From contig NZ_CAUTAP010000002.1 in NCBI RefSeq assembly GCF_963536705.1, forward strand, positions 40,837 to 104,836: DNA of 64,000 nt, written 5' to 3'. The stretch is from an uncultured Streptococcus sp. (GTDB taxonomy: Bacteria; Bacillota; Bacilli; Lactobacillales; Streptococcaceae). Shown here in pieces: positions 1-10,458 of this stretch. The translations under genes and the position numbers were made by a program. Position 1 is the stretch's first letter. The number at the start of each line of letters is the position of its first letter. Under the pieces are notes generated by a model. The model was not told where the DNA came from. It searched no databases and was given only the letters and a program-made list of their open reading frames with translations.

Positions 1-1
1 T

Positions 2-1108
2 GTCCTGCTGGGACTTGTGGTCACAGGAGTTGTCGGCTACACTTATGTATCTTCAGCTCTTAAACCTGTTGATGCAAACGCAACAGAGTATGTGACGGTT
101 GAAGTGCCAGAAGGCTCAAGCTCTAAGCAAATTGGGGAAATCCTCGAGAAAAAGGGGCTGATTAAAAATGCCCAAGTTTTTAGTCTCTATTCTAAGATTA
201 AAAGCTTTAACAATTACCAGTCCGGCTATTACAATCTCCAGAAGAGTATGGATCTAGATACCATTGCTCGGCAGCTTCAGGAAGGTGGAACAGAAACGCC
301 GCAACCACCAGTTGTTGGTAAGGTTACTATTCCTGAAGGATATACACTGGAGCAGATTGCAGAGGCTGTGACGGTTAATGCAGCTGCAACTTCCAAAAAG
401 ACTAGTAAGACACCTTTTAGTAAGGACGATTTCCTAGCTAAGGCGCAGGATGAAGCTTTCATTTCCAAGATGGCGGCTAAATATCCACAGCTGCTGGGCA
501 CATTGCCAAGCAAGGACAGTGGAGTCAAGTACCGCTTAGAAGGTTACCTCTTCCCTGCCACTTATAACTATGGTGAGGATGCGGATCTGGAAAGCTTGAT
601 TGACCAGATGTTGGGCGCAATGAATACCAATCTGTCTTCTTACTACTCTACTATTGAATCAAAGAACTTGACGGTTAATGAAGTTCTGACTCTTGCTTCT
701 CTGGTGGAAAAAGAAGGTTCGACAGACCAGGACCGTAAAGATATTGCCAGTGTATTTTACAATCGTCTCAATCAAGCGATGCCACTTCAGAGTAATATCG
801 CTATCCTTTATGCTCAAGGCAAGCTAGGAAAGAAAACGACTCTGAAAGAGGACGCTGAGATTGATACCAATATTGACTCGCCTTTCAATGTCTATAAAAA
901 AGAAGGGCTTATGCCTGGGCCAGTTGATAGTCCGAGCCTGTCATCTTTGGAAGCTACTATTAACCCAAGTAAGACGGACTACCTCTACTTTGTGGCAAAT
1001 GTTGAAACAGGCGCTGTTTACTTCGCCAATACTTATGAGGAACACGCCAAAAATGTTGAGGAGCATGTCAATAGCAAGCTCACTCAATCCAGCAGCAGTT
1101 CTAATTAG
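2..1108 (+). CDS. mltG: Endolytic transglycosylase MltG (5' end lies before the window)
   Basis: YceG-family motifs TIPEG, LEGYLFPATY, LASLVEKEG and GLMPGPV; the frame is open from the window start; directly upstream of greA. Confidence 0.93.
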   Translation, partial: VLLGLVVTGVVGYTYVSSALKPVDANATEYVTVEVPEGSSSKQIGEILEKKGLIKNAQVFSLYSKIKSFNNYQSGYYNLQKSMDLDTIARQLQEGGTETPQPPVVGKVTIPEGYTLEQIAEAVTVNAAATSKKTSKTPFSKDDFLAKAQDEAFISKMAAKYPQLLGTLPSKDSGVKYRLEGYLFPATYNYGEDADLESLIDQMLGAMNTNLSSYYSTIESKNLTVNEVLTLASLVEKEGSTDQDRKDIASVFYNRLNQAMPLQSNIAILYAQGKLGKKTTLKEDAEIDTNIDSPFNVYKKEGLMPGPVDSPSLSSLEATINPSKTDYLYFVANVETGAVYFANTYEEHAKNVEEHVNSKLTQSSSSSN

Positions 1109-1253
1109 ACTGCTGTCATTGCAGACGAGAGAAAGCTAGTGCATTTAGTTCTAGCTTTCTCAGTCCTGCTATATAAAAAAGGGACTGATACAGATTTGTC
1201 TCAGCCTCTTGTTTTAGTTTTAAAATAAAAGAAAATAAAAGAAAAGAGAAAAA

Positions 1254-1736
1254 ATGGCTGAAAAAACTTATCCTATGACCCTAGAGGAAAAGGAAAAACT
1301 AGAAAAAGAATTAGAAGAATTGAAATTGGTGCGTCGTCCAGAAGTGGTAGAACGTATCAAGATTGCCCGCTCATACGGCGATTTGTCAGAAAACAGTGAA
1401 TACGAAGCTGCAAAGGACGAACAGGCTTTTGTGGAAGGACAGATTTCTAGTCTGGAAACCAAGATCCGCTACGCTGAGATTGTAAACAGTGACGCTGTAG
1501 CCAAGGACGAGGTAGCCATCGGCAAAACAGTTACCATTCAAGAAGTAGGTGAAAGCGAAGAGGAAGTCTACATTATCGTTGGTTCTGCTGGTGCAGATGC
1601 TTTCGCAGGCAAGGTATCCAATGAAAGCCCGATTGGTCAAGCTCTAATTGGCAAGAAAACAGGCGATACTGCAACAGTCGAAACACCGGTTGGTAGCTAC
1701 GACGTTAAAATTCTCAAGGTTGAAAAAACCGTTTAA
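1254..1736 (+). CDS. greA: Transcription elongation factor GreA
   Basis: [13 protein letters not shown] motif and C-terminal SNESPIG. Confidence 0.97.
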   Translation: MAEKTYPMTLEEKEKLEKELEELKLVRRPEVVERIKIARSYGDLSENSEYEAAKDEQAFVEGQISSLETKIRYAEIVNSDAVAKDEVAIGKTVTIQEVGESEEEVYIIVGSAGADAFAGKVSNESPIGQALIGKKTGDTATVETPVGSYDVKILKVEKTV

Positions 1737-1744
1737 TAAATACC

Positions 1745-1777
1745 AAAAGGAACTGGCTAGAAGACTGGTTCTTTTTT
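1745..1777 (+). terminator. Probable intrinsic terminator after greA
   Basis: Imperfect hairpin (aaggaactgg...ctggttcttt) followed by a T-run. Confidence 0.55.
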
Positions 1778-1889
1778 CGTTTCTTTTAAGACAGAGAGTG
1801 TAGGCTAGATAAGAAGAGCAGGGGAAAAATAGAGAAAAGACAGATGCTTATGCTATAATGAGAATAAGCTAGAAAAGTAGGAGAACTGT

Positions 1890-2510
1890 ATGCAAGAGCA
1901 AGATATTTATGGGGAATACGGCGTCTACCTGCCCAAGATTTTAGAAGCTCTTAGTCAGCGTATTCAAGAGGCTAATGATCGAGTCAAGCAGGAAACGGGG
2001 CAGAAGCTTTTTGAGCATTTTAATGCACGGGTCAAGCAGGCAGCCAGTATGGAAGAGAAATGTCAACGCAAGAATTTGCCTAGGGCGCCAGAGTCTGCCC
2101 TGAAAGAAATTCGTGATGCGATTGGGATTCGGATTGTTTGCGGTTTTATTGAGGACATCTATCAGACTATTGAGGTGCTTCGTCAGCTAGAGGGCTGTGA
2201 GATTGTTCTGGAAAAGGACTATATCCGAGCTGCCAAGCCTAATGGGTATCGCTCCTACCACTTGATATTAGAGGTGGAGACTCCTTATGAGGACTGTCAT
2301 GGTCAAAATCCCGGCCGCTATTTTGTAGAAATCCAGCTTCGGACCATTGCTATGGATTCTTGGGCCAGCTTAGAGCATCAGATGAAGTACAAGCATGAGA
2401 TTAAAGACAGCAAGCGGATTGTCCGCGAGCTGAAACGCTGTGCAGATGAGCTGGCTTCCTGTGATGTGACCATGCAGACCATCCGCAATTTGATTCGAGA
2501 AAGTGAGTGA
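1890..2510 (+). CDS. relP: Small alarmone (p)ppGpp synthetase, RelP/RelQ family
   Basis: RVK, DAIGIRIVC, KPNGYRSYH, EIQLRT and WASLEH motifs; followed by a response regulator and kinase as in the S. mutans relPRS arrangement. Confidence 0.82.
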   Translation: MQEQDIYGEYGVYLPKILEALSQRIQEANDRVKQETGQKLFEHFNARVKQAASMEEKCQRKNLPRAPESALKEIRDAIGIRIVCGFIEDIYQTIEVLRQLEGCEIVLEKDYIRAAKPNGYRSYHLILEVETPYEDCHGQNPGRYFVEIQLRTIAMDSWASLEHQMKYKHEIKDSKRIVRELKRCADELASCDVTMQTIRNLIRESE

Positions 2511-2511
2511 G

Positions 2512-3216
2512 ATGATGAAGATTTTATTAGCTGAAGATGAGCAGCAGCTGTCTCGTGTCTTGGAAACAGCGATGACCCATGAAGGCTATCAGGTTGATAC
2601 AGCCTTTGATGGGCAGGAGGCTGTGGACTTGGCCAAGGAAAATGCCTATGATTTGATGATTCTGGATATCATGATGCCGGTCAAGACAGGCATTGAAGCG
2701 CTGAAAGAAATCCGCCAAACCGGCAATACGACCCACGTCATCATGCTGACAGCTATGTCAGAGGTGGATGACAAGGTCACAGGGCTGGATGCCGGTGCAG
2801 ATGATTATCTGACCAAGCCCTTCTCTCTGAAAGAGCTTCTGGCTCGCCTGCGCTCTATGTCCAGACGGGTAGCGACGTTCACCCCCAATTTGCTGCAGAT
2901 TGGCCAAACCAGCCTCAATGTCGGAGAACATGAGCTCATTAGCTCCAACTCTATTCGACTAGCCGGCAAGGAATCTAAAATGATGGAATTTCTTATGCTT
3001 AATGTCCAGAAGAGTCTTTCCACTCAGGAAATCTTCCGTCATGTTTGGTCCAAAGACGAGGATGAGGATTTGGACGAAGGCTTCGTCTGGATTTATATTT
3101 CCTATTTGCGTCAGAAGCTGAAGGCTATTCATGCTGACCTTGCTATCTTGGGTGAGGAAGGCGGCAATTTCACTCTGGTGCCGCTGGAAGGAGATAGCCA
3201 TGTTTCGGAAGCTTAA
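2512..3216 (+). CDS. OmpR-family response regulator
   Basis: Receiver motifs LLAEDE, LDIMMP and GADDYLTKPF; C-terminal winged helix; start could be 2503, 2512 or 2515. Confidence 0.92.
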   Translation: MMKILLAEDEQQLSRVLETAMTHEGYQVDTAFDGQEAVDLAKENAYDLMILDIMMPVKTGIEALKEIRQTGNTTHVIMLTAMSEVDDKVTGLDAGADDYLTKPFSLKELLARLRSMSRRVATFTPNLLQIGQTSLNVGEHELISSNSIRLAGKESKMMEFLMLNVQKSLSTQEIFRHVWSKDEDEDLDEGFVWIYISYLRQKLKAIHADLAILGEEGGNFTLVPLEGDSHVSEA

Positions 3217-4435
3217 AATTCGGTTCATTCTGCTGGCTTCGGCGGCAATTGTTTGTATTTTGCTGACCATGATTGCTGTCTTAAACTCCGTTCGCTTTCT
3301 GCAGACCAACGGAGAAATCCAAGCCGTTCTCAATATTCTATCTGCCAATAATGGAGATTTTCCCAGCGTAGAAGAAACAGCAGAGAGCTTGCAAAACGAC
3401 CGTATCACCATTGACACGATCTACCAATACCGCTATTTCAGCGTGGTCTATAAGGAAGACAAAACACTTTACTCCACCAACTTAGACCATCTTTCCAATC
3501 TATCTAAGGAGCAGGCGCTTAGCTACGCTAACAAAGTGATTAAGAACAGCCGCAGCAGTGGGGTTTTTAAGGTAGGCAGTCAATTTTATTCCTACCAGAT
3601 AACGCAGGATTCCAAGAGTAAGCGCTATTTACTGGTGGTCTTAGATTCGACTAATTATCTCGAAAGCCGCAATGACTTTTTCTGGCTGTCTATCCAGTTG
3701 TGCTTCTATAGCTTTATTTTCTTTGTCTTAGTCGTGTCTGGATTTTCCAACTTTGCCATCCGTCCCTATATCAAAAACTACGAAAACCAAAAGCGTTTCA
3801 TTACCAATGCTGGACATGAACTGAAGACGCCATTGGCCATCATCTCAGCCAATACGGAGCTGCAAGAACTGATGACTGGCGAAAATGAATGGACAGAAAG
3901 CACCAAGGACCAGGTCAAGCGGCTCAGCAACCTAATCAATCAAATGGTCGTTCTGGCCCGTCTGGAAGAGCAGCCAGATGTTACCTTGGTAGATGTGAAT
4001 TTCTCAGAAGTTGTCAAAAAAGTAGCAGGAAACTTCAAGTCTGTCATCGAGAAGGCAGGCAAGAAGTACGAGATCAAGCTGCAGGAAGACATTCATGTCA
4101 AGGCAACTGAAGATGAACTTTATGAATTGGTTAGTATCCTGATTGACAATGCCTGCAAGTATTGTGATGAAGATGGGCAAATTTTTGTCACCCTGACCAA
4201 GGCCAAGCGTGGGAAACGAGCTCGTTTGACGGTAGCCAATAGTTACGCGGACGGTAAAAATGTTGATTACAGCCGTTTCTTTGATCGTTTCTATCGCGAA
4301 GACGAATCGCACAATCAGAAGCAGCCTGGCTACGGGATTGGCCTATCCATGGCAGAAAGTCTGGTGCGGATTTTTAAGGGCAGGATTTGGGTTTCATATA
4401 AGAAAGGCTTGATTGGCTTTACCGTTTTACTATGA
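3200..4435 (+). CDS. Sensor histidine kinase
   Basis: H-box NAGHELKTPL, N-box LIDNACKY, G-box GYGIGLS; two TM segments; AAGGAG before ATG at 3200. Confidence 0.92.
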   Translation: MFRKLKIRFILLASAAIVCILLTMIAVLNSVRFLQTNGEIQAVLNILSANNGDFPSVEETAESLQNDRITIDTIYQYRYFSVVYKEDKTLYSTNLDHLSNLSKEQALSYANKVIKNSRSSGVFKVGSQFYSYQITQDSKSKRYLLVVLDSTNYLESRNDFFWLSIQLCFYSFIFFVLVVSGFSNFAIRPYIKNYENQKRFITNAGHELKTPLAIISANTELQELMTGENEWTESTKDQVKRLSNLINQMVVLARLEEQPDVTLVDVNFSEVVKKVAGNFKSVIEKAGKKYEIKLQEDIHVKATEDELYELVSILIDNACKYCDEDGQIFVTLTKAKRGKRARLTVANSYADGKNVDYSRFFDRFYREDESHNQKQPGYGIGLSMAESLVRIFKGRIWVSYKKGLIGFTVLL

Positions 4436-4551
4436 TAGCGTCACCTCGTTCATCAGTTATTGCTTTCTTTGCTGAGTTTTTGGTATCGGTTACGCCGATT
4501 CTTACTCGAGATTAAAAAAAATCTTCTAGTGTTAGCTAGAAGAATTTTTCT

Positions 4552-5475
4552 TTATCTTGACCGTTGCTTACCAGCATTGCGGTTCTTTTTCTTTTTGTTC
4601 TTTTGCTCAATAGCCTGCTGAGCTTTTGGAGTAACATCTTTAGCTCGACTCGCTTTTTTCAAGCCTTTAGGAGGATTTTTTTCAAATTCCTCTGCCACCT
4701 GTTTTCTCAGGCGAGGTCGGATGATGTAGTTGATGATAAATTGCTGGATGATTTGGATAAATCCACCGACTACCCAGTAGAGAGTGACTGCGGCAGGGGA
4801 GAAGAAAGAGAAACCAACAATCATGATAGGGCTCATATAAGAAGCCTGTTTCATGCTGTTTCTTTGAGTTTCATCTTCAATACCATGCAGAGAGAGCACC
4901 GACTGGATATAGTAGAGGATACCGACAATGGCAGTCAAAGCCAAGTCGCTTTTGGCCAGGTCTTTAATCCAGAGGAAGGAACTGCCTGCAACTCCTTGAG
5001 TATACTGAGCGGCAAAGAAGAGGGCTGAGAAGAAAGGCATTTGGATAAGCAGAGGCAGACAGCCTATACCGCCAAACATGCTGAGTCCATTCTCTTTTTG
5101 AGCAGCCATCAGTTCTTGCTGAGCCTGCATTTTCTCTTCCTGAGTCTCAGCATTTTTGATTCGCTCTTGGATTGGGGCAAAAATTGGCTTGAAGTAGTTC
5201 ATCTTTTCAGACTGAAGCGTTGCCTTCCAAGACTGATAGATTCCCAGCGGCAGAATGATAATCCGCACGATGAGCGTAACGATGATAATCGCCAGACCAT
5301 AACCCAGACCTGAATTCTTGGCAAAGAATTGGATACCATCCGCCATAGGCTGACCAATCACATCCCAGATCAGACCAGAAGGATTACCGGCCTTGTCGCG
5401 ACCCACACAGCCAGACAGGAAAAGAAGCGCAGCCAGTCCCATACCGGAGAATAAAAAGCGTTTGAAATGTTTCAC
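4552..5475 (-). CDS. yidC: Membrane protein insertase YidC
   Basis: Lipobox [19 protein letters not shown] and a basic C-terminal tail. Confidence 0.93.
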   Translation of the reverse strand: MKHFKRFLFSGMGLAALLFLSGCVGRDKAGNPSGLIWDVIGQPMADGIQFFAKNSGLGYGLAIIIVTLIVRIIILPLGIYQSWKATLQSEKMNYFKPIFAPIQERIKNAETQEEKMQAQQELMAAQKENGLSMFGGIGCLPLLIQMPFFSALFFAAQYTQGVAGSSFLWIKDLAKSDLALTAIVGILYYIQSVLSLHGIEDETQRNSMKQASYMSPIMIVGFSFFSPAAVTLYWVVGGFIQIIQQFIINYIIRPRLRKQVAEEFEKNPPKGLKKASRAKDVTPKAQQAIEQKNKKKKNRNAGKQRSR

Positions 5476-5556
5476 GAGTTCATATCCTTTGTTTCTAAAA
5501 AATAATACCTATCTATTCTACTGTTTTTTTGCAAAATATACAATAGTTCTGCAGAC

Positions 5557-5835
5557 CTAATTTGAAATTTTAAAGTCAGGATAGGAGTCAAAATTAGCCA
5601 TGGTCACATCCAAATAGCTGACCTTAGAAAAAGGTGTCGGTCCCTTGCGGATTTCTTGGATAAATTTGGCCATCAGAGCTGGGTCATCAGCCTGAGCCAG
5701 AATGCCAACAGTACCGTCATCATTGTTCCAGACCCGGCCGGTAATACCTCCGATTTCCAGCGCTAGAGAATAAACTCCCCAGCGGAATCCGACCCCTTGT
5801 ACTCGTCCTTGGGCTATCATTTTTACTTTCTGCAT
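5557..5835 (-). CDS. acyP: Acylphosphatase
   Basis: GRVQGVGFR and GRVWN motifs. Confidence 0.92.
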   Translation of the reverse strand: MQKVKMIAQGRVQGVGFRWGVYSLALEIGGITGRVWNNDDGTVGILAQADDPALMAKFIQEIRKGPTPFSKVSYLDVTMANFDSYPDFKISN

Positions 5836-5919
5836 GGCGTCCTCCTTTAGTGAGCGGACCGAGGGGATTTAAGCCCTCAGTATGAGTGCAAGTCTGCTAA
5901 ATTGTGGTATAATGTTCTT

Positions 5920-6660
5920 ATGAATATTATAACCTCAAAAGCCAATAATGTGGTAAAAAAAGCTAAAAAACTTCATCACAAAAAATACCGCAAGGATTCT
6001 TATTTGATCGAGGGCTGGCATTTATTTGAGGAAGCTGTCAGCAGCGGGGCAGAGCTGATTCGGATTTTTGCTTTAGCGGAATACGCAGAGCGATTAGCTG
6101 ATTTTTCTCAGGTAATCTTTGTCAGTTCGGAGATTTTAGCAGATTTAGCTGATAGTAAGACGCCACAGGGCATTGTCGCGGAAGTGGCTTTTGAAAGGAA
6201 AGAAATACCATTGGAGTTAAGTGGACGCTATCTTTTCTTGGAGGACGTTCAGGATCCAGGTAATGTCGGTACCATCATTCGGACAGCTGATGCAGCTGGT
6301 TTTGATGGAGTCTTCATCTCTCGTTTGTCGGCAGATATCTATAGCCTAAAAACGCTGCGCTCTATGCAGGGGAGTCATTTTCACCTGCCAGTTTATCGGA
6401 TGGATACAGCTGATTTTATTAGGCTGGCTCGTTCTTCCCGCCTGCCAATTCTAGCGTCGACCTTGTCGTCAATATCTATCGATTACAGAAAGGTGGACAG
6501 CAAAGAGAGCTTTGCCCTAATCATGGGCAATGAAGGTCAGGGAATTAGTCCAGAAATGACGGCAGCAGCTGATATTCTGGTCCATATTTCCATGAAGGGG
6601 CAGGCAGAAAGTCTTAATGTTGCTGTCGCTGCTGGTATTTTAATCTTTCATTTAAGCTAA
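5920..6660 (+). CDS. TrmH/SpoU-family RNA methyltransferase
   Basis: DPGNVGTIIRTA, GNEGQG and ESLNVAVA motifs; ATG 5920 lies 6 nt after TG-G-TATAAT. Confidence 0.9.
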   Translation: MNIITSKANNVVKKAKKLHHKKYRKDSYLIEGWHLFEEAVSSGAELIRIFALAEYAERLADFSQVIFVSSEILADLADSKTPQGIVAEVAFERKEIPLELSGRYLFLEDVQDPGNVGTIIRTADAAGFDGVFISRLSADIYSLKTLRSMQGSHFHLPVYRMDTADFIRLARSSRLPILASTLSSISIDYRKVDSKESFALIMGNEGQGISPEMTAAADILVHISMKGQAESLNVAVAAGILIFHLS

Positions 6661-6704
6661 AAATCAGAAAAAGAGATATAATAGTTGGCAAGGGAGGTGA
6701 TTCT

Positions 6705-7196
6705 ATGCCTTACAAAAAGGACGAGGAATTTATGGCCTATGTTGGGCACCTGATTGAAATGCCTAGTGTGCAGCGCCTGAAAGAAATTCCCCATCATATT
6801 CATTCCAATAGACTTGAACATTCCATCAATGTGAGTTATACTAGTTACAGAATTGCCAAAAAATTTGGCTGGAATGCCCGCAGCACGGCACGCGGTGCCT
6901 TACTTCATGACTTATTCTACTATGACTGGCGTGTGACCAAGTTTAAGAAGAGTCATGCTTGGGTTCATCCGAGGCTGGCAGTTCGCAATGCTCGTAAGAT
7001 TACCAAGCTTAATAAAGTCGAAGAGGACATTATCGTCAAGCATATGTGGGGCCTGACTTTGGCACCGCCTCGCTACAAAGAATCATTCGTTGTGACGATG
7101 GTGGACAAGTATTGGGCCGTCAAAGAAGCGACGGCACCTTGGAGACGCAAGGGCGGTAATCGCAAGCTCTTTCATCGAAAGATGCTGAAACCGTAA
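6705..7196 (+). CDS. HD-domain protein
   Basis: RLEHS...LLHD motif; GGAGG SD. Confidence 0.85.
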   Translation: MPYKKDEEFMAYVGHLIEMPSVQRLKEIPHHIHSNRLEHSINVSYTSYRIAKKFGWNARSTARGALLHDLFYYDWRVTKFKKSHAWVHPRLAVRNARKITKLNKVEEDIIVKHMWGLTLAPPRYKESFVVTMVDKYWAVKEATAPWRRKGGNRKLFHRKMLKP

Positions 7197-7221
7197 ATGT
7201 TTAATTATAAAAGGAGTAACT

Positions 7222-7905
7222 ATGAATCATTCTATTATTCAAGATCAATCAGATATTAATTCTTTCTATGCCAAGATTTATTCTATCGTTGGAGTCGGTA
7301 TTGGAATCTCAGCAATCGTCTCTCTCTTGATGCTGAATTTCTTTCAGGACATTATTATCTCTGTTCTGACAGGCTCCACTTGGATTTTCTATGCAGCTAT
7401 TGCAGTTGAGTTTATCCTTGTGTTGGTAGCATCTGGAACTGCTCGGAGCAATAGCCCAGCGGCGTTGCCTATGTTTTTAGCTTATTCAGCCATCAATGGT
7501 TTTACCTTAAGTATTATCATGGCGCTGTATCTTCAGTCAACTGTTCTCTTAGCCTTTCTGACAACGACCGTTATGTTCTTTGCCATGGGCTTCATCGGCA
7601 AGGTGACCAAGAAGGATCTTTCTGGAATGGGCAGAGCTTGTATGGCCGGTTTGATTGGTATTATCGCTGCTAGCGTCCTTAATATCTTCTTGAGAAGCAG
7701 TGGCTTGGACTTTATCATCAGTATCGTTGGTGTCCTTATTTTCTCAGGACTCATCGCTTGGGACAATCAGAAGATCCGCTACGTCTATGAGCAGACCAAT
7801 GGCAATCCAGGAAATGGATGGGCAATTTCGCTGGCTCTGCACCTATATCTGGACTTCATTAATCTCTTCCTCAGCTTGCTGCGTATTTTTGGAAGAAACA
7901 AATAA
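7222..7905 (+). CDS. Bax inhibitor-1/YccA family membrane protein
   Basis: About seven hydrophobic segments; C-terminal ALHLYLDFINLF. Confidence 0.9.
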   Translation: MNHSIIQDQSDINSFYAKIYSIVGVGIGISAIVSLLMLNFFQDIIISVLTGSTWIFYAAIAVEFILVLVASGTARSNSPAALPMFLAYSAINGFTLSIIMALYLQSTVLLAFLTTTVMFFAMGFIGKVTKKDLSGMGRACMAGLIGIIAASVLNIFLRSSGLDFIISIVGVLIFSGLIAWDNQKIRYVYEQTNGNPGNGWAISLALHLYLDFINLFLSLLRIFGRNK

Positions 7906-8009
7906 CTAAGCTAAATAAGACTAAAGCATTGGACGTTTGCTCCAGTGCTTTTTGTTTCTCCTATGGATTTATGGTATAATAAACCCAGCAAATAGAAAGC
8001 GAGAATAGT

Positions 8010-9260
8010 ATGAAAACTCCTTTTGTCAGTCGTGAAAAGCTAGCTGAGATTACGTCGCAGTTTCCAACACCTTTCCATCTTTATGATGAGAAGGGAATTC
8101 GGGAAAGAGCGCGTGCCTTGCATAAGGCCTTTTCTTGGAATCTAGGCTTTAAAGAGTATTTTGCTGTCAAGGCTACTCCCAATCCTGCTATTTTAAAAAT
8201 CCTCAAAGAAGAAGGCTGTGGAGTGGACTGTGCTAGCTACGTTGAGCTGCTCATGAGCCAAAAGCTGGGCTTTGCTGGACAGGATATCATGTTTTCGTCC
8301 AATAACACACCAGCTGAGGAATTTCAGTTTGCGCGTGACCTTGGAGCGACTATCAATCTGGATGCCTATGAAGATGTAGCTTTTCTAAAGGAAGCTGCTG
8401 GTATTCCCAAGGTCATTTCCTGCCGTTACAACCCTGGCGGTGTCTTTGAGCTGGGAACCAGCATTATGGATAATCCTGAAGAAGCCAAGTTTGGTATGAC
8501 TAAGGACCAGCTGATTCAAGCTTTCAAAGAGCTCAAGGATTTGGGAGCTGAGAAGTTTGGGATTCATGCCCTCTTGGCCTCTAATACTGTCAGTAATGAC
8601 TACTATCCCGAACTAGCTCGCCAGCTTTTTGAGCTGGCTGTGGAAGTAGTGGCTGAGACAGGAGTTGAGTTGGACTTTATCAATCTCTCTGGTGGTGTCG
8701 GCATTAATTATCAGCCTGAAGGTGAGGAAAATGACATTGCGGTCATCGGTCAAGGAGTTCGTCAGGCCTATGAAGCTATTCTGACGCCTGCTGGTCTGGG
8801 ACAGGTAAAGATTTATACGGAGCTGGGCCGCTTTATGTTGGCACCTTATGGCTTACTTGTCACTAAAGTTACCCATAAGAAGCAGACCTACCGAACCTAT
8901 CTGGGAGTGGATGCTTCTGCAGTCAATCTGCTGCGTCCAGCTATGTACGGTTCTTATCACCACATTACCAATATAGATCGACCTGAGGATGAGACAGAGA
9001 TTGTGGATGTTGTCGGCAGTCTCTGTGAGAATAACGATAAATTCGCCATTAATCGCTCGCTGCCCGTCAGTCAAATTGGCGATACACTAGTGATTCACGA
9101 TACGGGTGCTCATGGTTTTTCTATGGGTTATCAGTACAATGCCAAGCTCCGCTCCAGCGAAATTCTCTTGGAACAAGATGGCAATGTTCGCATGATTCGT
9201 CGGGCAGAAAAACCAGAAGATTATTTTGCGACACTGTATGGCTTTGATTTTGAAAAATAA
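8010..9260 (+). CDS. lysA: Diaminopimelate decarboxylase
   Basis: FAVKA PLP lysine, ELGR and GSLCENND motifs. Confidence 0.9.
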   Translation: MKTPFVSREKLAEITSQFPTPFHLYDEKGIRERARALHKAFSWNLGFKEYFAVKATPNPAILKILKEEGCGVDCASYVELLMSQKLGFAGQDIMFSSNNTPAEEFQFARDLGATINLDAYEDVAFLKEAAGIPKVISCRYNPGGVFELGTSIMDNPEEAKFGMTKDQLIQAFKELKDLGAEKFGIHALLASNTVSNDYYPELARQLFELAVEVVAETGVELDFINLSGGVGINYQPEGEENDIAVIGQGVRQAYEAILTPAGLGQVKIYTELGRFMLAPYGLLVTKVTHKKQTYRTYLGVDASAVNLLRPAMYGSYHHITNIDRPEDETEIVDVVGSLCENNDKFAINRSLPVSQIGDTLVIHDTGAHGFSMGYQYNAKLRSSEILLEQDGNVRMIRRAEKPEDYFATLYGFDFEK

Positions 9261-9316
9261 AGAAAATTTGATATAATGAAGAGCAATGTAAAAATTGAAA
9301 TAGAGGAGTTCTTGAT

Positions 9317-9565
9317 ATGAATGTATTTTTAGAGATTATCTTGATTTTAGCGGCATTTGCTGGAGGCGTGATCTTGGGTATGTATCTGCTTCGTCGGCAA
9401 GTGGAGAAGGAATTTGCAGAAAATCCACGTCTGAATGTAGAAGCAGTTCGGACCTTGCTTAGCGCAAGCGGTCAACGGCCAAATGAAGCGAAAGTGCAGC
9501 AAGTCTACCGTCAAATTATCAGCCAGCAGAAAGCTGCGCTTGCTAAGAGCAAAAAGAAAAAATAA
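9317..9565 (+). CDS. YneF/UPF0154 family small membrane protein
   Basis: N-terminal TM, ENPRLN motif; usual position upstream of murI. Confidence 0.85.
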   Translation: MNVFLEIILILAAFAGGVILGMYLLRRQVEKEFAENPRLNVEAVRTLLSASGQRPNEAKVQQVYRQIISQQKAALAKSKKKK

Positions 9566-9663
9566 TTTTCTAGTGACTGGCTTTTAATACCAGTAGAGAA
9601 AATCTATAAAAAAATGGGGATTTGGAATCGGCTTCCAGTCCCTTGTTTTAGAAAGAAGACCTT

Positions 9664-10458
9664 ATGGATAATCGACCAATCGGTTTTTTAGACTCAGGAG
9701 TGGGCGGTTTGACTGTAGTCCGTGAGCTCATGCGGCAGCTCCCCCACGAAGAGGTCATTTATATCGGAGATTCAGCGCGGGCTCCTTACGGTCCTAGGCC
9801 TGCTGAGCAGATTCGCGCTTATACTTGGCAATTGGTTAACTTTCTCCTGACCAAGGATGTTAAGATGATTGTCATTGCCTGCAATACAGCGACTGCTGTT
9901 GTCTGGGAAGAAGTGAAGGAAAAGCTGGATATTCCAGTACTGGGCGTGATTCTGCCGGGGGCTAGTGCAGCTATTAAGTCAACTGCCAGTGGCCGCATCG
10001 GTGTTATTGGAACGCCAATGACTGTTTCTTCTGATATTTATCGTCAGAAGATTGAAGCGCTCTCGCCGGAAATGCAGGTGGAAAGTTTGGCCTGTCCTAA
10101 GTTTGTACCTTTGGTAGAGTCCAATGAACTCCATTCCAGTCTTACCAAAAAAGTTGTCTATGAAACCCTGCAGCCTCTGGTTGGCCGGGTAGATACTCTG
10201 GTCTTAGGCTGTACCCACTATCCCTTGCTCCGGCCTATTATTCAAAATAGGATGGGACCAAATGTGAAGCTGATTGACAGCGGGGCAGAGTGCGTACGGG
10301 ATATTTCTGTCCTGCTCAATTACTTTGAAATCAACCGCAGCCGGGAAAAACAGGAGCTCAATCACCAATTTTACACAACTGCCAATGCTAAGAGCTTTTC
10401 GGAGATTGCCGAAAGCTGGCTGGGTCTGAAAGTGAATGTGGAGCATGTAAGCTTATGA
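9664..10458 (+). CDS. murI: Glutamate racemase
   Basis: DSGVGG, ACNTA and LGCTHYP motifs. Confidence 0.97.
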   Translation: MDNRPIGFLDSGVGGLTVVRELMRQLPHEEVIYIGDSARAPYGPRPAEQIRAYTWQLVNFLLTKDVKMIVIACNTATAVVWEEVKEKLDIPVLGVILPGASAAIKSTASGRIGVIGTPMTVSSDIYRQKIEALSPEMQVESLACPKFVPLVESNELHSSLTKKVVYETLQPLVGRVDTLVLGCTHYPLLRPIIQNRMGPNVKLIDSGAECVRDISVLLNYFEINRSREKQELNHQFYTTANAKSFSEIAESWLGLKVNVEHVSL

